This document shows, in pieces, positions 1 through 7,220 of a stretch of DNA of 64,000 bases. Source of the DNA: Patescibacteria group bacterium. Its GTDB lineage: Bacteria > Patescibacteriota > Minisyncoccia > Minisyncoccales > UBA5738. Both the position numbers and the translations under genes were made by a program. Under the pieces are notes generated by a model. That model saw only the letters and a program-made list of their open reading frames with translations. It made no database searches and was not told the origin of the DNA. The stretch is taken from assembly GCA_022710775.1 (NCBI GenBank), contig JAKLGH010000002.1, forward strand, positions 12,707 through 76,706, in the 5' to 3' direction. Numbering within the stretch: position 1 is the stretch's first letter; each line of letters opens with the position of its first letter.

Positions 1-1140
1 AGACTGGATGCGCTGATGAAAGCGGTTCAAAAACAAGGGTTGGAATACTGGTATGTTCCTCTTCTGTCGAGGACCCATGGCCAAGGCGCGCACGATATTA
101 TGTTCGGCAAAAGGTTTGCGTCTTATTTTGCCGATTTGGAGGCTGTGCTGCATTATCTCCGTTTTGCCAGGGAATACGTCCGGTTTGGAAGCATGGCGGA
201 TATGGTCGGAGATTACCAAAATACGTCGCCGGAATCCGAGCTGCTGGCGCTTGAAGCTATCGGCCTGAAACCTTATTACGGTGCAACCCAGATTTTACCC
301 CGCCTGATTCACGCTATTCTGGCTTCCTCGCTGACGGTGCTTAGCGGCGTGCTTGCTAAGATTGCCGAAGATATTCAACTCATGGCGCGCAGCCCGAATC
401 CGCTGGTCCAGGAAGCATTCGGTAAAAAACAGGTAGGATCAACGGCTAATCCGGCGAAAAAGAATACCATAAAGTCTGAGAATATAGTCGGTATGTTCCG
501 CCTTGGTATAGGCAACTTGGTGGCTCTATTGCAAAATTTGATTACCAAGGAGGAACGGGATATTTCCCAATCGTCAGTTGAGCGCGTTGCATTGATCGAT
601 CAATTCCATATCTTGGTTCAACAGCTGGACACAATGATCAGGCTGATAGACGGAATAGTAGTCTATCCGGATCGGATGTATCAGCAGATCATCGATATGC
701 GCGGCACCGAATTTGGCGAATCGGCAAAGGATGCGCTGGCGGAGTTTGGCCAAGATTTCGGGATAACGCCGGGCGATGCTTACAACATTATCAAGCTGGC
801 TTCGCACATCGTAATATATCCCGATGAATTGGAAGGCGAGATGCGGACCAATATTCCGCAAAATGCCGCCGAATCTGTGCTTGCTTTGAACCGGTGGGCA
901 AACCGCGAATTGAAGCGGCCGCCGCATATCAAATCTCTTATTGAGGATGGAGGCTTGCATTCGTTGCCGACCTTGGATATCAAGCCGGAAGAAATCCAGC
1001 GCTGGAAGATAGCGGTGGCATCCATGCTGGAAGTACCCGAAATTAAGAAAGCCTGGGATGGGGCTTTCGACATCGAGAGAATGCTTGCCGGCCAGGAAAT
1101 ACTGCGCCAAAAGCTGATGCAAGGCCACATGAACTATTAG
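1..1140 (+). CDS. Fumarate-lyase superfamily protein, adenylosuccinate-lyase-like; 5' end cut by window edge
   Basis: Frame is open from nt 1 (ORF track 16..1140). The signature-loop region reads GSTANPAKKNTIKSEN, a divergent form of the PurB/ASL motif GSSAMPHKRNPxxSEN. It lies about 140 aa in, so roughly 120 N-terminal residues are missing. A hairpin plus T-run follows the stop. Confidence 0.7.
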   Translation, partial: RLDALMKAVQKQGLEYWYVPLLSRTHGQGAHDIMFGKRFASYFADLEAVLHYLRFAREYVRFGSMADMVGDYQNTSPESELLALEAIGLKPYYGATQILPRLIHAILASSLTVLSGVLAKIAEDIQLMARSPNPLVQEAFGKKQVGSTANPAKKNTIKSENIVGMFRLGIGNLVALLQNLITKEERDISQSSVERVALIDQFHILVQQLDTMIRLIDGIVVYPDRMYQQIIDMRGTEFGESAKDALAEFGQDFGITPGDAYNIIKLASHIVIYPDELEGEMRTNIPQNAAESVLALNRWANRELKRPPHIKSLIEDGGLHSLPTLDIKPEEIQRWKIAVASMLEVPEIKKAWDGAFDIERMLAGQEILRQKLMQGHMNY

Positions 1141-1159
1141 CTTTAAAGCGGTTTCTTTT

Positions 1160-1188
1160 AAAGGATCTCAAAAGAGGTTCTTTTTTTT
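1160..1188 (+). terminator. Rho-independent terminator after the lyase gene
   Basis: aaaggatctc-aaaa-gaggttcttt stem (two G-U pairs) followed by a T8 run. Confidence 0.5.
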
Positions 1189-1215
1189 GACAAAAAGACG
1201 GAAATCCGATAAGTT
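1187..1215 (+). promoter_or_regulatory. Sigma70-like promoter (TTGACA-17 nt-TAAGTT)
   Basis: TTGACA at 1187-1192 overlaps the terminator T-run. TAAGTT lies at 1210-1215. Confidence 0.4.
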
Positions 1216-1501
1216 CTTTTTAACGGTTCATTAAAAATCATTATTTATATAGGGGTAGGAGGTGAAAGCATCAGAAAAAACCAGCTTCTTGTTTGGATGT
1301 TCGGAGGCCTTTGGATGGAGCGCAGGATGCGGGAGCTTGTTATTGGGACAGCTTTTTAGCTTCCCGCGGCCGGCTAAGCGCCAACCTATGTTGTTGCGCT
1401 ACCCAGCCTGGAATGTCCTCGCAGCCAACACTTATACGGGGTGTCTGATGAGATCTGCAATCGTCAAGCAAAAACTTGGCGGGCTATGGATGGCTTTCTA
1501 G

Positions 1502-1527
1502 AGCCTAAGCCTAAGCCTAAGCCTAAG
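1502..1527. repeat. Tandem hexamer repeat (AGCCTA)x4
   Basis: agcctaagcctaagcctaagcctaag read directly. It starts right after the stop of the doubtful ORF 1262..1501. Confidence 0.9.
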
Positions 1528-1543
1528 AAAGGTTGTGAGCTAT

Positions 1544-1572
1544 ATCCAGCCGTATCCCTTAAGGAGGTGATC
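1544..1572 (+). other. Segment with extended complementarity to the universal 16S rRNA 3' terminus
   Basis: ATCCAGCCG (1544-1552) and TTAAGGAGGTGATC (1559-1572) are complements of 16S CGGCUGGAU and GAUCACCUCCUUAA, in swapped order relative to the rRNA. Confidence 0.6.
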
Positions 1573-1850
1573 TGATCAAGGGAGCCTACGCCTTTCTGCG
1601 CCGCGCCGTTATGACGGGGATAGCGACAAAGCAATGCGTTATAACGAGCGGTTTGACCGGTAGTCCGCGTTCTTCAGCCAATGCGAGAAAGACGAGGATA
1701 AGCTCGGTTCTGCGGCCAAGGCTGTTATATGCCGGAACCGGTCCGCCCGGTTTTGAAAATTTTTGCTTTTTGGCCTAAGCGGCCGCCGGCCGCCCACGGC
1801 TTGTCCAGAAGATGGAATAATATCCGAGAGCGAAAAGGAGGTGAAAAACT

Positions 1851-2123
1851 ATGCTCGCAGTGCTGACATTAGCACTGGTCGCTTTCGCAATCCTGCTGGC
1901 AACGGCCATGAACACTAATGACGCTGGCGATGTGCCCGGCCGATCGTTCACGGAGCTGTATAGAATCTTTGCTTCGCCATTGCTGGTAATGCTTGCGATC
2001 GCGGCAGTGTGCTTGGCGCTTGGTCCCGGACCGCCCGCATCCATAGCTGGCTCCTCGGGAGTTTCTTGCACCAGCGTTTCTAGCGACAACGGCGCTTCTT
2101 CGAACTATGCCAGAGACCACTAA
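1851..2123 (+). CDS. Hypothetical small membrane protein (90 aa, two predicted TM segments)
   Basis: AGGAGGTGA lies 9 nt upstream of the ATG. Hydrophobic stretches are MLAVLTLALVAFAILLATA and LLVMLAIAAVCLAL. A terminator lies at 2205-2229. Confidence 0.45.
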   Translation: MLAVLTLALVAFAILLATAMNTNDAGDVPGRSFTELYRIFASPLLVMLAIAAVCLALGPGPPASIAGSSGVSCTSVSSDNGASSNYARDH

Positions 2124-2204
2124 CAGGCTGAAACTGTTCGCGCCAACGCCAATTGATCCAAAAGATTCTGAAGCAACCGAAAATCCAGCTGATACCAGTA
2201 TTTT

Positions 2205-2229
2205 AGGACGGAAAACCGTCCTTTTTTTT
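2205..2229 (+). terminator. Rho-independent terminator
   Basis: aggacgg-aaaa-ccgtcct followed by T8. Confidence 0.7.
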
Positions 2230-2255
2230 GACAAGCGGCGGTTTTTTAGTAGAAT
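2228..2255 (+). promoter_or_regulatory. Sigma70-like promoter (TTGACA-16 nt-TAGAAT)
   Basis: TTGACA at 2228-2233 overlaps the preceding T-run. TAGAAT lies at 2250-2255. Confidence 0.55.
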
Positions 2256-2833
2256 AGTTTTAGCAACTTAAAAAGGAGGTGAATACCGAACGCTATTATG
2301 GCTATAGCTATGGTCGTTGGCGCTTGAACTATTCCGCGAGTTTACCCCTCGTCCCGAACAGGGCTTGATCAAGCGGTTCCTTTATGGAACGGTAACTGCC
2401 AAGACTCCGCAAGGCTAGATGCTTTGCGTAAGCAGAGAGATAATACTTGGTTTTCATAGGAGGTGAAACAGAAGTAATGAAACATATTGCTTCCAGCAGC
2501 CGCACCATTACCGACGAGACGCCTTGAGCAGATTCCATTGTCTCTAAGAGGCAGGATGACATGGTGTTAACCTGGCTGTCCGAAAGGACGAAGCTCGATT
2601 GGGAATACCCATCTATTCCAGTTAGCGTTCTGGTTTTAAAAACGAAACACTGGAGGATATTCGGTTAATGAAGAAACTAGCCAGTTTCCCCGGCGGAGCC
2701 ATCTTATAGGCCAAAGTTGAGATGGCGATAATCCGTGGCACAGCTTAAAGAGATTTCGCCCTGCGCAGTTTTATTCCTGCCTTTCTGCCCAGGCATAAAA
2801 AGGCGGGAAGGGTCAAAGGAGGTCCCCCTGGTC

Positions 2834-2899
2834 ATGAGAAAAATGATAGCCGTACTGGTCATCATCGCGATGGCCGTAGTCGGGATGGCCGGCGCATAA
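2834..2899 (+). CDS. Candidate 21-aa hydrophobic micro-protein (MRKMIAVLVIIAMAVVGMAGA)
   Basis: AGGAGGT at 2817-2823 lies 11 nt upstream of the ATG. The peptide is a single TM-like stretch, and a strong terminator lies about 50 nt downstream. It is below the ORF-track length cutoff. Confidence 0.3.
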   Translation: MRKMIAVLVIIAMAVVGMAGA

Positions 2900-2947
2900 A
2901 TTGCTCACTCGCTTTATGAGGCTGTCTTTCACCGACACAAATTAAAC

Positions 2948-2973
2948 GCTGGTTAACAAGAACCAGCTTTTTT
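2948..2973 (+). terminator. Rho-independent terminator
   Basis: gctggtt-aacaag-aaccagc followed by TTTTTT. Confidence 0.7.
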
Positions 2974-3046
2974 CTTGGAATTTTTTCCTTATTTTTTTAA
3001 TCGATTCTAGCCATTAATCAATAAAGAGGTAATATAAGATATATCT

Positions 3047-4207
3047 ATGGAGAACAAGAAACAACTGGGCCAGTTTTTTACCACAAATTCCGACCAGATA
3101 CTGGTTGGCCTAAATAAATACGTAAGAGGGAAGAAAGTGGCTGATCCGTTTGCCGGAAATAGTGATTTGTTAAAATGGGCAAAAAAAGAAGGCGCGAAGA
3201 GTGTCGAAGGTTTTGATATTGATAAAAAATTCGTCAACAATAAGGATGTTTTTTTTAACGACAGCCTTCTTTTCCCCAAAAAATATGAATTTGTGTTAAC
3301 CAATCCTCCATATTTAAATATAAATAAGGCTGATAAAACCACTAAAGAAAAATATTTTGCTAACGGCTTCGAAGATCTATATCAACTGGCTTTGATTTCA
3401 ATTATGGATAGCGATGAGGGGATTGTAATCGTTCCAATAAATTTTTTATCTGCTGAAAATTCAAAAAAAACCAGAAATGCCTTTTTTTCAAAGTTTGAAA
3501 TAGTGGAAATGAATTACTATAAAAACCAAGTATTTTCAGATACAACATACAATGTAATCGTTTTTTATTATAAAAAGAAAAAAGACGCATTTGATTGTTG
3601 CTTTAACATTAAAGCACATTTATATCCTGACAAAAAAAACATAAATATTAAATTGGAAAAAAAATACGGGTGGATGATTGGTGGTAGCTTTATTAATTGC
3701 ATTAAAAATCAAAAAAACGAATTAAAAATTTATCGTCTCCAAGAAAAAGACTTAATAAAAGGAAATCAAGAAATCAAAATGGCTTATAACCATATAAAAG
3801 AACAAAAAATTTATTCAGTAACCGATAAAAACATGGAGCTTGTTAGGGCAAACATAATTTTACTTAAAGCGATTGATAGTGGAAGCGAAAAAGGGAAAAT
3901 TGCCCTCGAGGACATTAGGGACTATAAATTAGATGGTTTAGTGAGTAAGCCAACTTCCAGACACATGGTGCAATTGATTTTTGAAAAGCAGATAACCATA
4001 AATGAGCAAAGAGAGATTATTAAAGTGTTCAACGATGAATTGGAAAATCTAAGAAAGAAATACAACTCTTTATTTTTAACAAATTATCGAGATAATGATC
4101 GAAAAAGAATTTCTTTTAACTTTACGTACAAATTAATCAATTATTTGTACGTGAACAAGCTTCACAATATATCGCAAGAAACGCAGGATGAGAAATTATT
4201 AGCTTAA
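3047..4207 (+). CDS. Type II N6-adenine DNA methyltransferase (gamma-class motif order)
   Basis: LGQFFTT (motif X), ADPFAGNSDL (motif I, AdoMet binding) and LTNPPYL (motif IV, NPPY). The region is visibly AT-rich compared with its flanks. Confidence 0.85.
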   Translation: MENKKQLGQFFTTNSDQILVGLNKYVRGKKVADPFAGNSDLLKWAKKEGAKSVEGFDIDKKFVNNKDVFFNDSLLFPKKYEFVLTNPPYLNINKADKTTKEKYFANGFEDLYQLALISIMDSDEGIVIVPINFLSAENSKKTRNAFFSKFEIVEMNYYKNQVFSDTTYNVIVFYYKKKKDAFDCCFNIKAHLYPDKKNINIKLEKKYGWMIGGSFINCIKNQKNELKIYRLQEKDLIKGNQEIKMAYNHIKEQKIYSVTDKNMELVRANIILLKAIDSGSEKGKIALEDIRDYKLDGLVSKPTSRHMVQLIFEKQITINEQREIIKVFNDELENLRKKYNSLFLTNYRDNDRKRISFNFTYKLINYLYVNKLHNISQETQDEKLLA

Positions 4208-4218
4208 TAGAATATATT

Positions 4219-5133
4219 ATGGATAATATTAAATTATTAGATTATTCAATATTAAACAAAGAGCAGGCTTTAGATCCCGCTTATATGTTTATTGAAAAGG
4301 ATAGAGATTTGCCTAAATACGTTGAAAAAACTAAAAAAATTAAAAATATTTTAATTGCTATTAAGGAGGTTTCCAATAAGAAAAGCTCGACCGAGGTTAT
4401 AGCTACTCTATTTGCAGATTTAAAAGAAAATTTGAAGGACTTTTCCCAATTCTCTGAGTTTAGTTGTTTCATTAACGCCTGCGATTCGAGCTTAAACTAT
4501 GCAACAATGAACGAGGAGCTATTAAAGAAAATTACCGCTTACTATTTGCAAAAAAGAGATTTAAATGAATTTGTACCTTCCGAATGGATACAAGCATTGA
4601 TAGACAAGACATCGTCTCGAAAAAAAGGGCAAGTTGGTGAAGTTAAGTTAATAAATATTCTAAAAAAAAGCGGATATTGTTATACGGAGAATTATTTAGA
4701 ATTTATTAAAGCTAAAAAATCTGTTGCTTGTTTTCGAAATGATTTTACTCTTAAGAATATAAAAAAGAATCTAAAAATTTCCATCGGTAAGGATACTCAA
4801 AGCAAAAAATTGGATTTATGCATAAAGAAGGGTAAAGAGATTTATTTCTTAGAAGCGAAACATGTAAACAATGAGGGCGGGGAACAAAACAAACAAGTAT
4901 TGGAACTGATTAAGATAATTCAAGAAAAAAATGCCAATAATCACTATCATTACGTAAGTTTTCTCGACGGATTATATTTCGATTTACTTTTTAAAAGTAT
5001 TATTTCAGTGCCAAAGAAAAAAAGTGGTGAAAATAAGTTACTAAAACAACAAAAAGACATTCGCAAAGCTTTAAAAAACAACAGGAACAACTATTTTGTT
5101 AATACTGCGGGTTTTAAAAAGCTTTTTGGCTGA
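4219..5133 (+). CDS. Putative cognate type II restriction endonuclease (PD-(D/E)xK-like)
   Basis: It lies 11 nt downstream of the methyltransferase and shares its AT-rich composition. A candidate catalytic motif is KLDLCIKKGKEIYFLEAKH (D...E-x-K). No other recognisable family. Confidence 0.55.
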   Translation: MDNIKLLDYSILNKEQALDPAYMFIEKDRDLPKYVEKTKKIKNILIAIKEVSNKKSSTEVIATLFADLKENLKDFSQFSEFSCFINACDSSLNYATMNEELLKKITAYYLQKRDLNEFVPSEWIQALIDKTSSRKKGQVGEVKLINILKKSGYCYTENYLEFIKAKKSVACFRNDFTLKNIKKNLKISIGKDTQSKKLDLCIKKGKEIYFLEAKHVNNEGGEQNKQVLELIKIIQEKNANNHYHYVSFLDGLYFDLLFKSIISVPKKKSGENKLLKQQKDIRKALKNNRNNYFVNTAGFKKLFG

Positions 5134-5280
5134 AGTCGTTAAAACGTTTCAAGTATTTTTCACAATTTGCTTAAAAGCCAGCCTCTTTCTTGCGTTCGGC
5201 ATGCTTGACGGAGGAATGGATTAAGGTATGATATAGCCGTTTTCGGAAATCAAGGCACGTTAAAAAATGTTGGAGGAAAT

Positions 5281-5823
5281 ATGGAAAACTGGATAACCAT
5301 CGCGACCCCGGGTTATTTGGGGGCGGAAAGGGATGTTAGATATAAAGAATGGGACGAAATATACGGAGAAGGGAACTGGCGCCTGGTTTGGGTGGTGAAC
5401 AAAACCTTAGTGGATTTTCTGGGCGCTTGCGCTCTTTACGAGGACGCATATTATCATTTCCTGAAAAAGAACTCCGCAATCGTAAAGAAACTGGTTTACG
5501 ATGCGCGCGATATCTACGACGATGCTCCATCCAACGTCGAATCGAGGTTCGACTACAATCACCAGGAAACGGGGCGAACCCATATCCAGGACATTGCGAT
5601 CCGACGGTGCATGGTTAGGATGGGGTTGTGGTTCATGGGCAACGATCTCATCCAGATCCGTTCAAGCGGGAAAGACGAACAAGTTTTAGGCAATATTCTT
5701 TCCCCCGGCAATGTGCCTTTCCATATGCCGTATCTTATCAGCGAATTTGAGCTAAGTGGCTGGTGGAAGCCAAAGAGCGTCGAAAGTTTTTACCAGTCGA
5801 ACCGGTTGTTCCAGATCCGTTAA
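5281..5823 (+). CDS. Hypothetical protein (180 aa)
   Basis: A clean ORF with the SD-like GGAGGA 7 nt upstream and a TTGACG-16-TATGAT promoter at about 5204-5231. No recognisable motif. Confidence 0.6.
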   Translation: MENWITIATPGYLGAERDVRYKEWDEIYGEGNWRLVWVVNKTLVDFLGACALYEDAYYHFLKKNSAIVKKLVYDARDIYDDAPSNVESRFDYNHQETGRTHIQDIAIRRCMVRMGLWFMGNDLIQIRSSGKDEQVLGNILSPGNVPFHMPYLISEFELSGWWKPKSVESFYQSNRLFQIR

Positions 5824-6065
5824 CCAAACGGATTTTTTTGTCCTTTTCCTTCAAACTTGAATAAATTCCTGTTTTATTGTATTAATTACTAGTTATCCGA
5901 TAAAGGTTGATCAGAGTTAAAACAATAATTATCTAATGAAAAAAATGCCAGCAAGCCTCAAAAAACACATTCGGAACGAAAAAGCCCGGATTCGCCGGGA
6001 TATATCGGATCTGGACCAGCAGAAGAAACTGATAGCCGACCTTACGAAAAAATATTCAGACAAAA

Positions 6066-7010
6066 ATGAAGGTAACGGAACTGTACAACCTGGCGATAAA
6101 TAAGGGCATTGATGCCGATCTGCGCGGACGGCCAGCGGTGGAAAAAATGCTGGCGCGCCGGCGCCGTAATTACGAAAACTTGACCAACCAGGAAAAGGCG
6201 GATTTTGACGCGTCTGATTTAACCAATCCGTACGCGGACAGCCAGATCCTTTATATCAAAAACGATATTGAGGTTAAAAAGGTCCTGGTTGGAATCGACA
6301 TAGAACCGGCCGAGATTCTGATGGCGAAATTCCTCGGCGATATCGATCTTATTATTTCCCATCATCCGATCGGCAAGGGGTTGGCCAATTTGTCGGATGT
6401 TATGGAGCTTCAGGCGGAAGTCTTGAGCCTGTACGGGGTGCCGATTAATGTGGCTGAAGGATTGATGCGGGAGAAGATCTCCGAAGTGGCCCGCGGATTG
6501 AACGCAAAAAACCACCAGCGGACGGTTGACGCGGCCAGGCTGATGGGATTCAACCTGATCTGCTGCCACACGCCGTGCGATAATTTGGCTGCTAAATTCC
6601 TGAAGGAAAAAATAGAAGAAGCTGATCCCGAAAGGTTAGGCGATTTGCTTGATGTGTTTAACCGGATTCCGGAGTATAGGGAAGCGGCCAAGATCGGGGC
6701 TGGGCCGAAAATTTTTGTTGGCAATCCGGAGAGCCGTTGCGGAAAGATAATGCTTTCGGAGATCACTGGCGGTACCGAGGGCTCTTCCAAGCTTTATGCC
6801 AAGATGGCGATGGCCGGGATCGGGACTACGGTCGGGATGCATGTGTCCGAAGAACATAGAAAGGAAGCCGAAGCCGCGAATATCAACGTGCTGATCGCGG
6901 GGCATATGAGTTCCGATTCCCTGGGCGTTAATCTGTTTCTCGACGAATTGCAGAGACAAGGCGTTGAGATTATCGCATGTTCCGGCCTTACCAGAGTTAG
7001 CCGGGTTTAG
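6066..7010 (+). CDS. NIF3-family dinuclear-metal-centre protein (GTP cyclohydrolase 1 type 2 homolog family)
   Basis: Metal-ligand motifs typical of NIF3/YbgI: ISHHP, CCHTPCD and AGHMSSD. Confidence 0.8.
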   Translation: MKVTELYNLAINKGIDADLRGRPAVEKMLARRRRNYENLTNQEKADFDASDLTNPYADSQILYIKNDIEVKKVLVGIDIEPAEILMAKFLGDIDLIISHHPIGKGLANLSDVMELQAEVLSLYGVPINVAEGLMREKISEVARGLNAKNHQRTVDAARLMGFNLICCHTPCDNLAAKFLKEKIEEADPERLGDLLDVFNRIPEYREAAKIGAGPKIFVGNPESRCGKIMLSEITGGTEGSSKLYAKMAMAGIGTTVGMHVSEEHRKEAEAANINVLIAGHMSSDSLGVNLFLDELQRQGVEIIACSGLTRVSRV

Positions 7011-7220
7011 CGTTCCAGAGCCGAAGTTGAAATCGGTTTCTGACCTTGTTCCGTTTGATGCTGTTTGTTCTTGTGAAACGGGGCGGCAGGGATATGGTGT
7101 AAAAACAGTCAATGTTGGGAGCGGGACGGCTGGCCGAAAGGCCGTTTTTTGGTTAGAATGGATTTGACCAAATCCGCCTGCCGTTCAGATTATAGAGAAG
7201 CTGCGCATGGTTTACAAAAC

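Noticed and set aside
574-1130. Long antisense or overlapping ORFs inside confidently assigned genes, for example 574..1128(-), 6410..6790(-), 33009..33605(-), 35429..35980(-), 37873..38543(+), 49034..49762(+) and 60944..61801(-).
   Set aside because: They lie entirely within, or antisense to, genes with strong family motifs. They have no SD or promoter context and their composition is not protein-like. They are shadow ORFs.
1445-1452. CUGAUGAG, the hammerhead ribozyme core box.
   Set aside because: No adjacent stem II followed by the GAAA box, and no matching stems I/III or cleavage triplet, could be drawn. The octamer appears in isolation.
1262-1501. A 79-aa ORF starting at a GTG embedded inside the AGGAGGTGA motif.
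   Set aside because: The start codon overlaps the SD itself, so there is no spacer. The sequence is Trp/Cys/Gly-rich without domain character, and the region carries overlapping ORFs in several frames. It is treated as non-coding pending evidence.
2834-2899. The possibility that the peptide ending in ..MAGA* is a tmRNA tag reading frame.
   Set aside because: There is no tRNA-like acceptor or T-arm (GGTTCGA.TCC) anywhere in 1200-3000. The ORF has a normal SD and ATG, and a terminator follows.
5936-6103. A 55-codon basic ORF (MKKMPASLKKHIRNEKARIRR...) upstream of, and overlapping, the NIF3 gene by 38 nt.
   Set aside because: It has no SD, it is below the ORF-track cutoff, it overlaps a well-supported start, and it matches no family. 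It could be real, but the sequence alone does not support it.
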